A stretch of 64,000 nt of DNA from Zootoca vivipara (Eukaryota), in NCBI RefSeq assembly GCF_963506605.1, contig NC_083282.1, positions 5,146,001 to 5,210,000 on the forward strand. Direction: 5' to 3'. Under the pieces are notes generated by a model that did no database searches, had not been told where the DNA came from, and worked only from the letters and a program-made list of their open reading frames with translations. A program made the position numbers and the translations under genes. Shown here in pieces: positions 12,188-24,100 of the stretch (positions within the stretch are counted from its first letter, which is position 1; every line of letters begins with the position of its first letter).

Positions 12188-15100
12188 ATTTCCATGGCAC
12201 CTATGCAGCTTTTGGTTCTCCTCTCTCTCCCCACTTCAACAGGTTATCAATGAGCTCAAGCACATGTGGTTATTGATTAAATCACAGGAGGAAAAGGAAC
12301 TCCTTATCCCACCAATATTCCTTTTTGTGCAGAGTTTTAACCATTGTGTACATGAAATAAAGGCAGGGAGGGGAGAGAGGACAAAGTAAACAGCATGGAG
12401 AAACCAGTTCCCAAATTAGAAATTCTCCTGGTTAAATGATAATGCAGGAAAAGGAAACCAAGGGGCAGAACCAGCCCACAAGCCAGAACAGGAAGGCCAT
12501 GCAGGACACCCACTCACCCCTAACAAGGAAACTCCAAGGTAGGCTTTTTGAAGCATATGAAGACCCTACCTAACTTTCCAGGGCACACCTAACTGTGGGG
12601 TTTGTGCTTTGACCTGTGTGCTGCTACTCACCTCATCCCCCACAATACTGTCTGAATTTTGGTGCATGTCCTGCAGAGGCAAGTATGCTTTTGGTGTGGT
12701 TGGTTGCAATATGACCACCAAGTGATAGTATGCTGCATCATTCCCCTTGGTGAAAAGTGCCAAATCTATCGCCTGAGTGCTTTGTGAAAGGATTGAAAAT
12801 AGAGCTGTTTAAGAGCGGAACTCACGATCCATCCACCTCCATCAGTGGCCATGTCACAGTACACCTGCAGGGGTCTGTTGACATCACCGTTCAGGTAGAT
12901 GGTGTACATGCCGCTGGCAGAGAGTCCGTTTTCCTGGGTCTGGCTGCAGTCCGCAGGGAAGGGATAGTGCAAACTGACTGCAGGAGCAAAGGAGGGGGAA
13001 AGCCAAGTGAATACGTTCAAAAAGAAAGATGAAAAACAAGGAATATTTGTACAGCACTGCAATATAAAGGAGGCCAAGGCAACCGTTTCTCTAGATTTTC
13101 CAGCTTTCCATTCTTATGTTCAGTTTGCTCCCTTTCTGCATCAGTTTGCAAAAATGTTGGGGAGGGGGGAATTGTATGCAAGTTCACATGCATTTTCTGT
13201 GCCTTCCTCCTAATGCACATTTTGCACACAGCTTAATCAAATGCATTTTATACATCATTTTCACTAATGTGTGCATTTTTGTGCACTCTCCCTGTTTTTT
13301 TTATATACGGTTTTTTGTTTTGACGACTGCTTTGCAAAATTTGGAGAACCACAAATTTCAATTGATAGCTGCACTTCAGTTTGTGATGGAAAGAGCAAGA
13401 TTAGGCCAAATAAATCTATCCCCTATCCTGCACAGACCACGAAGGGCGGAAGGCAGGGAGAGACCCAAAGGGAGGCATGATTGAACATGATCAAATACAG
13501 TTCCATAAACCAAAGGCTTACTGTTAGCATTTGTGTGGAACACCCAGCAGAAACTGAATTGGATATAGAATCCCTGCTGGAGGAGCACACAATCACACAG
13601 ACATAATGAGTTTAGGAAAATAAGAAATCTAATATTTGTCACCAGAAATGCATGCTCGGCGGAAAATATCTCTAGTTCCATCTAAGGTACCTACAATGGA
13701 GACTTTTGCACCTGTAGAGGGAGAGCTCAAAGTATGTCTGCTGTCATCAGGGAAGCATGAAGGAGAAGGAAGCTGAGTAGGAAGGGAAACTACCAACCCT
13801 AAAGATTATCAGTCTGAAGGAAGGTCAACAAAAGGAGGACAGCCAAGAAAATCTTTAATAATAATAAAAAACTTAAATAAAAGTCTGGAGTTTCCTCTCT
13901 CTGTCTGCTCTCTCCCATGCAGTTACATCAGCCTGCAGTGCAAATTGAGCAGCATTGTGTCACTTCCAGCACTTACCTGGGAGCAAGTCCCATGGAATGC
14001 AATAGGATTTACTTCTGAGAAGACATGCATAGGATTGCACAGCATTTATATCTAGCTGTGTTTCCTTATAGCCATCTCTCCAAACCTTTGTCTTTCCTTC
14101 TCTCTTACTGTTTTTCCCACTGTCAGTCTTTCAGATTACTGTATATGCTTCTCAGGGAGCAAATGAAGGATGGAGAATCCAATTGTTCCTTTCAAATAAA
14201 CAGTAGGCCTGTGACCCTGATGGGTTTGTCCATATATCTTTCTGTGTTGATTCAGTGTAGCAGATAACCCAGCATGACTTGTGAGCTCCCACTTCAAATC
14301 TCACTTGAGTCATGAACTCACAAAGACCAAATCAATGGATAGATATTATAGTAAATCTACATGGAAAACACTCCTGTTTAAGTTCGAAGAAGGGGTTTTC
14401 CCGCATAAGGTAATGGCTGAACAATCCAGCTTTAAAGCTGTCTACTTGTTGTTATTAGACAATTGTTTTGTGCTTGCCCACTTAATTCTTAAGTATGCCA
14501 ACATTTTGAAAAATGGATTTGTTTGTAGCCTTTGTCAACTTTAACGTTGCCTTTGGCTCCATCAGCACACATTGTTCAACAAATTATCAAACGCCCAAAC
14601 CTCTTGCCATTTTGTGTAAGGATGTCATATTCAAATACCAGTCTGAATGTAAGATTTCATCACACTGAACTCTTCTTCCACTGTATTCCCAAATCTAGTA
14701 GCATCAAACAAGGTTTTATACCAGAGCCTCACCTTTTAAACTTATTTAATAATGATGTAAACATCTGGATGAAAACAGGGTCCCTACTTTCTGGTTATGG
14801 TCAGGGATAGAAAGCTATTTATGCTTCTCTGAGCTGATGGTAAGATTCTCCCATCTCATTCCCTGTTGAGGCTTCACAGATACCCGTAGTTCGCACCCTT
14901 GAATGCGTTTTGCCACAAAATGTCTCAGGTATAAGCTAAAACCAAAGTTGTTCTTGCTCACCACAGATGAGCTCTTCCTAACTGGTCTTGATGATCAACC
15001 TCATAACTGAGTTTATTTTCCGGTTAAGGGGGTCAGCAGTCTCATCTACATTACGGAAAATTAAAAACTGGACAACAAGTATGTGGTACTTTGAAATTCT

Positions 15101-18100
15101 GGCATATTTACTATGTAAGATCTGAAAGTGCTGCCAGTTCCTGACCTGTTAAAACTTATTCCACTATTACTATTCAAATCTGAGATGCAAAATCATCAAA
15201 TTTAGAATGTCTTCAGAATAGACTGTTAAGATATTGATCTCAGGATTCTTTTAAATACACCCATAATACTTCTCAGATCACCAGAAACAGGGGTTCAACC
15301 TCTCAAAGCAAAAATACATGTTAGATGGTGATGGCAACATTCCCTCAGCTCAATTCGGTATTGGGTTTGGCAAACAAAACTATATTAAGTTTAATCTGAG
15401 CTCAATTTGCGTTCCATTCTGCTCCTGATGACATCATCAAATACTTGGTTATAAAAATGAATGTGTATGATTTGTGATTATGGTTTTCTGTCACATATTT
15501 TCCTACTAAGATTCCGTGTGGTGCAAATTACTTCTTCCCCTGGAGACCCTGAGAAGGCGGCTAAAATCCTGAAATTTCAGGTCCAAAGACCACACTGACC
15601 TAATCCTTCAACTCCTGGCCTCTTCCCAAGCCTTCATAATATAAAAAAAATCCTCAGAAGATCAACACAGATTCATCTGGCAACGCCACGTGACCTGTTT
15701 TGAAGGCAAGCACCATCCTGGACAACAGGTCGAGGAAATTTTACTGCAGTCCCCAAAGCCTACCTGTAGAAAAGGTGGTGGCTGTTTTTCGACTCCAGCG
15801 GTCTCCCTTAAAGGCCATGATATGTATGGTGTATTTGGTTCCTCGAGTAAGGCCTTCTAGCACAAACCTTTCCTCATTAGGACCTAACCGCACTTCCTGA
15901 CACACAAAAGAAAAGAGAGGCAACAATTACATTTCACTGGCAATTTGGCTCCAGCCCTTCTTGACCTTCCCCACCCAATCCCTGTAAGAGGCAGGGAGAG
16001 GGGTGATTGGCTATCAAAGGATGGTTGTGATCCACGGGGAAATGAAAAATGCAGTTTCTCTAGAGGAGGGTAGGGGAACATGTGGCCCTCCAGGTGTTGC
16101 TGGATTGCAGCTTCCATCATCCCTGACCATCAGGCATGCTGGCTGGGGCTGGTTGGAATTGGGGTCTCACAGGATCCAAAGAGCCACAGACTGCCCTTCC
16201 TAGAGGAGCAAGTCAGATGCACACAGTACTTGGTGAATAATAGTTGACGTTCATAGTTCATGGCATTCATAGAATAAGATCCAGTACTTGAAGGGAATAG
16301 GCTGTATTTATATGGGCAAGTCAAATTAAAAGCTTCACTCTCGATCTCTGAAGTCAACTGTTCTTTTTCTGCCTTTTAAAAGGCTGTTAAAAAATACTGT
16401 TTTATCTCTAGGCTGCATTTCAAGATTGCTTTTATAACTGCTGTTTCTATAATTTGCTTTTATGTGGTTTTAATGCCTCACTATAATTGTATATCATAAA
16501 CCATCTTGCGTGTGGGCTGGACATTTTCAAAACTAAAATGAGTCAAAAGGGGCCCCCTGACTATATATGGGCTACATGCCAAATCTTCATGATGATTTTA
16601 CAGTTATGCCACCTCTTACCAACTTTTCATATAACTTAAAAACATTAAATGCAAAGCATATGTAGCGAACAGGTTTGGAAAGTGCCTGTTTTATGCAGGT
16701 AGGAATGGCTGCGGCTTTCTCTCTGTATCAGATCTGGGTCCGTGGGTGAAAAGCTTGTGCATTGTTGAACTGTTGGCTTAGCTATACTTACATTTGCTCA
16801 CATAGCAATTTACAAACTTACCTTGATAGTACCATCTGGTTCCCGATAGGTGATAAGATAGCCACTGATCTGAGCAACAGGTGGTGTCCAAGTGACCAAT
16901 CCACTGGACTGTGTTACATCTGACACACGGACATTCCTGGGAGGGTCAATTTCTAGGCAAAAGACAAAGTGGGTGAAGGAGTTTAACCTGTCATATGGTT
17001 TATTCATTACAATAACTTGTATAGAAAGAAAGAGATTTGACCTCCCCATATTCCTAAGAGGAATTGAACAAACTATTGCAAGAACCATTTTGCCCTCCAC
17101 ATTTCCCAGAGTGGTTAGAAAGGTCAGCCTTAATTTTACCTTGTTAGGAGTATTAAAATATTTTGCAAAACAGTGCTACTATCTAAAGCAGCATCAGTCC
17201 CCCCCCACACACACACACCCTCCCCCATCCTGCTTTGCAAAAGACAATAGCAGTTTCTCCACCTCTGCTTCATGCCAGCTCTGTCTCTGGGATAGCATAC
17301 AGTACATCTTATTTCCACCAAGATGCAAATTGCAACACCGTTTTTGTTATGTATTGGTGTATATAGTTTTCCCTCAGGTCCTTGGCAGTTGTTTTAGGAG
17401 GGAACTTTAGGAGGGAACTTTGAATTAGGTTTGATACATGGTTTGAGTCAGCCGTCTACAAAAGCAGGCCGGCTCAGCAGTCAGTTCAGTTCTGTTCCAG
17501 CTTCCAAATAAAGAGCTGCTTTGAAGAATCAATGTGTCGTCTACTCACTATTTAACAGTTTTATTCAGCCTCCATCCCAAAGAGCTTGGGAGTGCTGCAT
17601 ACTTCAGTGCCTCAAAGTAGTGAACCAGACCCCAAAGGCCATTAGAAACATTCAGGGCCATCAAGCTATCACAAAGTGTTGACATTGTTTAGCGGGGGGG
17701 GGGGGGGAATGTCAGGATGGAACTAGACTTGTGAATGTGGTTTCAGAAATTATTTAGAGCCACATTAGATTTTACATGGCAGTCTCACAGCTCCCCCCCC
17801 CTTTAATGAAAATCAGGTACAAGAGAGACCATGGGAATAGCCAGGGGGAACAGGGAGGTGTCTGCCCCCCAATCAAGTAAATCAATAAAAATACTTAATT
17901 GAGGTTATTCTCCCCCCCCCCCAACATGAAGCCTGCACCCTCTAACAAAAATCCTGGCTACGCCCATGCAAGAGGCTGTAGTCTTAAGTGGAGAGGGGGA
18001 AGAGGCCAGAAAAGTAATCAGAAGGAAAATAGTAAAGCAGTTCTTGTGCATTGTAGCTCCTCTACTTAAGCTCAGCAAGATGGCTTTTGGTTAACAGGGA

Positions 18101-21100
18101 AATTGACTTCCCCTTGGCCTTCTTTGTGGTGGCCACCAGTTCTAGAATGCCCTCCTTAGGGATACCTGCCTGACATTGGGGAGAGTTTTCTGACTGAAAA
18201 GCTGTGCCCACTCCAAGTCAAGTTCAAAGGTAAGAAAGAATAAGTAACTACTTTGGCCCCTGAATCAGTATAACATGGGAACAGATGTGTTTCAACCTGG
18301 CTTAAGAAGGGAAAAAATCTCACAAGATCATTTAAAAAACAGGTTGTTGTTGTTGTTTAGTCGTTTAGTCGTGTCCGACTCTTCGTGACCCCATGGACCA
18401 TAGAACGCCAGGCACTCCTGTCTTGCACTGCCTCCCGCAGTTTGGTCAAACTCATGTTCGTAGCTTCGAGAACACTGTCCAACCATCTTGTCCTCTGACG
18501 TCCCCTTCTCCTAGTGCCCTCAATCTTTCCCAACATCAGGGTCTTTTCCAACGATTCTTCTCTTCTCATGAGGTGGCCAAAGTATTGGAGCCTCAGCTTC
18601 ACGATCTGTCCTTCCAGGGAGCACTCAGGGCTGATTTCCTTAAGAATGGATAGGTTTGATCTTCTTGCAGTCCATGGGACTCTCAAGAGTCTCCTCCAGC
18701 ACCATAATTCAAAAGCATCAATTCTTCGGCGATCAGCCTTCTTTATGGTCCAGCTCTCACTTCCATACATCACTACTGGGAAAACCATAGCTTTAACTAT
18801 ACGGACCTTTGTCGGCAAGGTGATGTCTCTGCTTTTTAAGATGCTGTCTAGGTTTGTCATTGCTTTTCTCCCAAGAAGCAGGCGTCTTTTAATTTCGTGA
18901 CTGCTGTCACCATCTGCAGTGATCAAGGAGCCCAAGAAGGTAAAATCTCTCACTGCCTCCATTTCTTCCCCTTCTATTTGCCAGGAGGTGATGGGACCAG
19001 TGGCCATGATCTTGGTTTTTTTGATGTTGAGCTTCAGACCATATTTTGCGCTCTCCTCTTTCACCCTCATTAAAAGGTTCTTTAATTCCTCCTCGCTTTC
19101 TGCCATCAAGGTTGTGTCATCTGCATATCTGAGGTTGTTGATATTTCTTCCGGCAATCTTAATTCCGTCTTGGGATTCATCTAGTCCAGCCTTTCGCATG
19201 ATGAATTCTGCATATAAGTTAAATAAGCAGGGAGACAATATACAACCTTGTCGTACTCCTTTCCCAATTTTGAACCACTCAGTTGTTCCATATCCAGTTC
19301 TAACTGTAGCTTCTTGTCCCACATAGAGATTTCTCAGGAGACAGATGAGGTGATCAGGCACTCCCATTTCTTTAAGAACTTGCCATAGTTTGCTGTGGTC
19401 GACACAGTCAAAGGCTTTTGCATAGTCAATGAAGCAGAAGTAGACGTTTTTCTGGAACTCTCTAGCTTTCTCCATAATCCAGCGCATGTTTGCTATTTGG
19501 TCTCTGGTTCCTCTGCCCTTTCGAAATCCAGCTTGCACTTCTGGGAGTTCTCGGTCCACATACTGCCTAAGCCTGCCTTGTAGAATTTTAAGCATAACCT
19601 TGCTAGCGTGTGAAATGAGCGCAATTGTGCGGTAGTTGGAGCATTCAAAAAACAGGTAATATACCATATTTTTCCATGTATAAGACTATATTTTTCCTAA
19701 ATTTTTGAAGTTTAAAATAAGGGGTCGTCTTATACACAGTTAGTGCATAGTGCATTTTCTTAATTTTGAGTCCCAAAAATTAGGGGTCATCTTATACCTG
19801 GGGGCGTCTTATACATGGAAAAATACGGTAATTAGTACTTCAGATCTCTGTGAGAAAGAATGGGTGGATTTTATTTTTGTCAGACTCGTTATCTAAGAAC
19901 TTGCTTACATAAATCAGTTTCAGAAAAGATTCACGGCAGTCTAAGAGGCCAGGCATCTTGTGCTGAAGCTCCAGTATTATGAAGTTAGCTCTGTGCACAA
20001 AGCCTGTGGTTCTGTGTTCTCTGGCTGCCCTTCCACATGTCTGGAACTCTCATCACGACTGGCAAACTGGCAGACAAACAGCAACACACATGCCAGACCA
20101 ATCCATGCTTCTGGCTGGTAGCTGAGCAAGCTCAGCCCATAGGCTACTATAAAATAAAATTTAAAAATGCCAGGACACATAAATCAATGCTTTGCCAACC
20201 TCCTGTTTAGTTGACTCTTGAACTGCAGCCATAAGAGCAGACTGTGCTATTTCAAGGCAAACATACAACATAGAGTTGTCACAACTATCAGATCTCCATA
20301 GCCATACAGCTACAAAAAATTACAGAGGGTCAACACACATGTCAGAGTATCTGTAAACATCACCAACCAAATTCAATCCCACTAAAAGAAAACTTATTTT
20401 CATGAGCATAATAAAGCTCCTCTTAGTTTTTAAGAGTACTTTGATGGAGACTTTGATTCCCACATGGCTTCACACATATCTTTCATCCCACAGTTGCATT
20501 TGGTCAAACAAGTTTTGCAGTTTTTTTGAAACAATACGAATCCACAAAACCTGTTTACCAGAGGTGATGTGGGATAAATGAACACACCAGCCAGGAGCAG
20601 TGTGAGAACACATTCAGTTCATTCTCCCATAAACACTTACCTGGAGGTAAATCACACTGAACTCAATGGGGCTCATGAGTATAAATGATTAAGTTTGTTT
20701 GTAAGCTGACTGTGGATGGGTCTAGCCAACAAGGTGCCCTGCAGATGGGTTTGACTCCAATTCCCATCAGTCCCAACCAGCATGGTCAATGGGCAGGGAT
20801 CACCTGGCCAGGTCATACATTAGCCAAATCTGGTTTAAAGGATGTTCCCCCTCCCAACCTATTTTCACATGAATCACCCCAGCAAATACTGCCACTTGCA
20901 TTGTGCAACCACTTGTACCTCAAAAGGAGAGGAATGAATTTTACTGCAACATCCATTGATGTTCATTTGAACAAACATTTTGCAAAGCCGTTTTGAAACA
21001 CTACCCTCAGCATTTTGCATTCCAGCTTAAGAAGCAGTTTAGTCCAGCTGGCCACATGACCCGGAAATCTGTCTGTGGACAAACACCAGCTCCCTCGGCC

Positions 21101-24100
21101 TGAAAAGCGAGATCAGCACAGCACCCCATAGTTGCCTTTGACTGGACTTAACCGTCCAGGGGTCCTTTACCCTTTTACTTTTACCTTACTGTCCCTTAGA
21201 GAAGTCAAGTTCCCAGTCCTGCGTGCACACACACCCCAGCAAAGTTAAAGGGACCCCTGACCAATAGGTCCAGTCATGACAGACTCTGGGGTTGCGACGC
21301 TCATCTCACGTTATTGGCTGAGGGAGCCGGCGTACAGCTTCCAGGTCATGTGGCCAGCATGACAAAGCCGCTTCTGGCGAACCAGAGCAGCGCACGGAAA
21401 CGCCATTTACCTTCCCGCCGGAGTGTTACCTATTTATCTACTTGCACTTTGATGTGCTTTCGAACTGCTAGGTTGACAAGAGCTGGGACCGAGCAACGGG
21501 AGCTCACCCCGTCGCGGGGATTCAAACCGCCGACCTTCTGATCAGCAAACCCTAGGCTCTGTGGTTTAACCCACAGCGCCACCAGCAAAGTTAGTGTTGT
21601 CTAATAAGAGTTAGCTAGCTAGGTATGCATGAATTTGGCATTAAAAAAAATAAATTATACTGTAATATGAAGACTCTGAGCAGGCAATATTGGCTGCAGG
21701 AGAGGGAAACTGGCAGAGAAAGAGCCTGAAAAAGGTCCAGTGCCAGCTTCTTCTCATGTGGACAACAGAGGGAGCTGCAGGGCCCCGAATTCACCTTCCT
21801 AGGACAAGGTATGTCAGTAGGCTTGCCATTAGTATTATGCAGTGCGGCTTCCGCAAATTTTGTAATATCTCACTATGTCCATAATACTGCTATTTGTATA
21901 ATGAAGGAAGCTCCATTAGTATTCCATTATAGTGTTGGGAGAAATCCACAGAGCAGATACACCTATTTCCCTGTGGGGTGATGTAGCACAGAGCCAGAAG
22001 CATCACTGAGAGCAGAAATTCTTCAGTGCTGCATAACTGCTAAGCCTTAGCAACGCTTAGCATACATGTCAACGCATACATGGGGTTAGAAATGTGGTTT
22101 AATCTCGCTTGTATCATTGTTGCTTTAAAAAAAAAAAAAACCTCTATGATTCTGGGGACCCAGGTGGTGCTGTGGGTTAAACCGCAGAGCCTAGGGCTTG
22201 CTGATCAGAAGGTCGGCGGTTCGAATCCCTGCAACGGGGTGAGCTCCCATTGCTCGGTCCCAGCTCCTGCCCACCTAGCAGTTCGAAAGCACCTCAAAGT
22301 GCAAGTAGATAAATAGGGACCACTACAGTGGGAAGGTAAACGGCGTTTCCGTGTGCTGCTCTGGTTCGCTAGAAGCAGCTTTGCCATGCTGGCCACATGA
22401 CCTGGAAGCTGTCTGCGGACAAACGCTGGCTCCCTCGGCCTATAGAGTGAGATGAGTGCCGCAACCCCAGAGTCGGACACGACTGGACCTGATGGTCAGG
22501 GGCCCCTTTACCTTTACCTTTATGATTCTGTTTTATGGTTTTAAAAATGAGTTGGGCCCTGAAACCAACACAGAAACGAGTGCAGATATCCGAACACAAC
22601 TGTACAATGCCCAGAGTGGCAAGTCCACTTAACAAACTGACCACTACATTCTAGACCAGCTGTAATTTCAATACCTCTTTTAGAAACAGCCCTGCATATT
22701 TTTTTAATTAAGAGGATAATACTCCTGGGCCTTGCCTTATAGGGCTGAGGAACAGATTACTGAAATAAGTATGATTGTCACAATCACCCAAAGAAGCTCT
22801 GGAGCCAATAGAGATTGGACAGCCTTGTTAATGCTTAACTCTAATTAATGCATGGAGGGCTTAAGACCATAGAGAAAGCTGCCCTGCCAGGCTTAGCTAG
22901 ATCACATCCCCTCACCTTGGGAATAAGGGTTATCAAACTCTTTGTTCTCTCATCCTCCACCTTGTAAACCTGACCAGTAAGGATGTCTAAGCTTTGGCAA
23001 GCCATATTCGTGTTTCGATCCAGATAATTTAGAAACTCTTACCATTTTTTAAACTAAGTTCTACTGCCCATCTTTTCTTGCTGCTGTATAGAAAAGCACA
23101 TGAATCTGACCTTTGAAGAGTTTGTAAGTAAACTACTTTTAACTTGCCAAATGTGTTGTCTCTTTGCTAAGGGAAGTGGGGCACTTTGGAAGAGGCTTAG
23201 AAGGGGAGATCTTAAAGGTCTAACACCAACATTTCCATACTTTACTTTGCTGCATGTTTTGCTATTTTAAATCTCTGCCAAGCCTCTCTCAGCAAAGAAT
23301 ACTTGCCCCAAACCTGGATCTAGGCATCCAGGGAATTCTCCTTTTAGTTCTTTAACCACATCATTAAAAACCAACAATCCCATCACCTCTCTCCACTGCT
23401 CCCCACTTAAGTTACCTGTCAGTGTCTTTGTGATTGTCCTCTTGCTCTGCTGGCTCCCCTTCACAGCCCAGATGTAAATGACATACTCCATGCCTGGCTT
23501 CAGTCCAGTCAAGGTGGTGCTGGTCTTATCCTTCCCAACTGTGATCTCTCTAGTGTCTCCATCAGCAGAGGTGTAGCTAAGTATGTATCGGTCTATAAGA
23601 GCCAATGCCTTGCTCCAAGAGATAGTGGCTGTGTTCTCTGTTGCTTGGTCTGTTTTCAGGTTCGTAGGGCCGTCTATCTCTGTGCACCAAAAAGGAGATA
23701 TTATTATTGTTTTCTTTCTATATCAGTTATAACCTGAGACTTTGTTTTGCAACTGTAATTCATTTGTTATATTGATCTGTGGGACTTGACTTTGTCATGG
23801 CTAGACTGGCAAGTAGGTTTTTTAATCAGAAGTAAAATGTCATGCATACTTGCATCTTGATGTGTAAGAATTTGACTTAACTAATGTGGGGGAGGGGGCA
23901 GAATCTGGGGAGGTGGAATTAGCCATTGATAATCCAACTAAATTACTTAACAGAATGCTTTTCCGTCAAGGAAAACACAGGAACACTCTCCTCCTAGCTC
24001 AGATCAGTTAGCACAGCTGAACTGGAAGCATTCACAGGGATCAGGTAGTATCATATATGATTCCTCACTGGTCTGGCAGTAGTTCCTTCTGAGCTTGGCA

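Noticed and set aside
18393-19583. Long antisense ORFs over Bov-B (also 24241-24744)
   Set aside because: Shadow frames of the RT coding sequence
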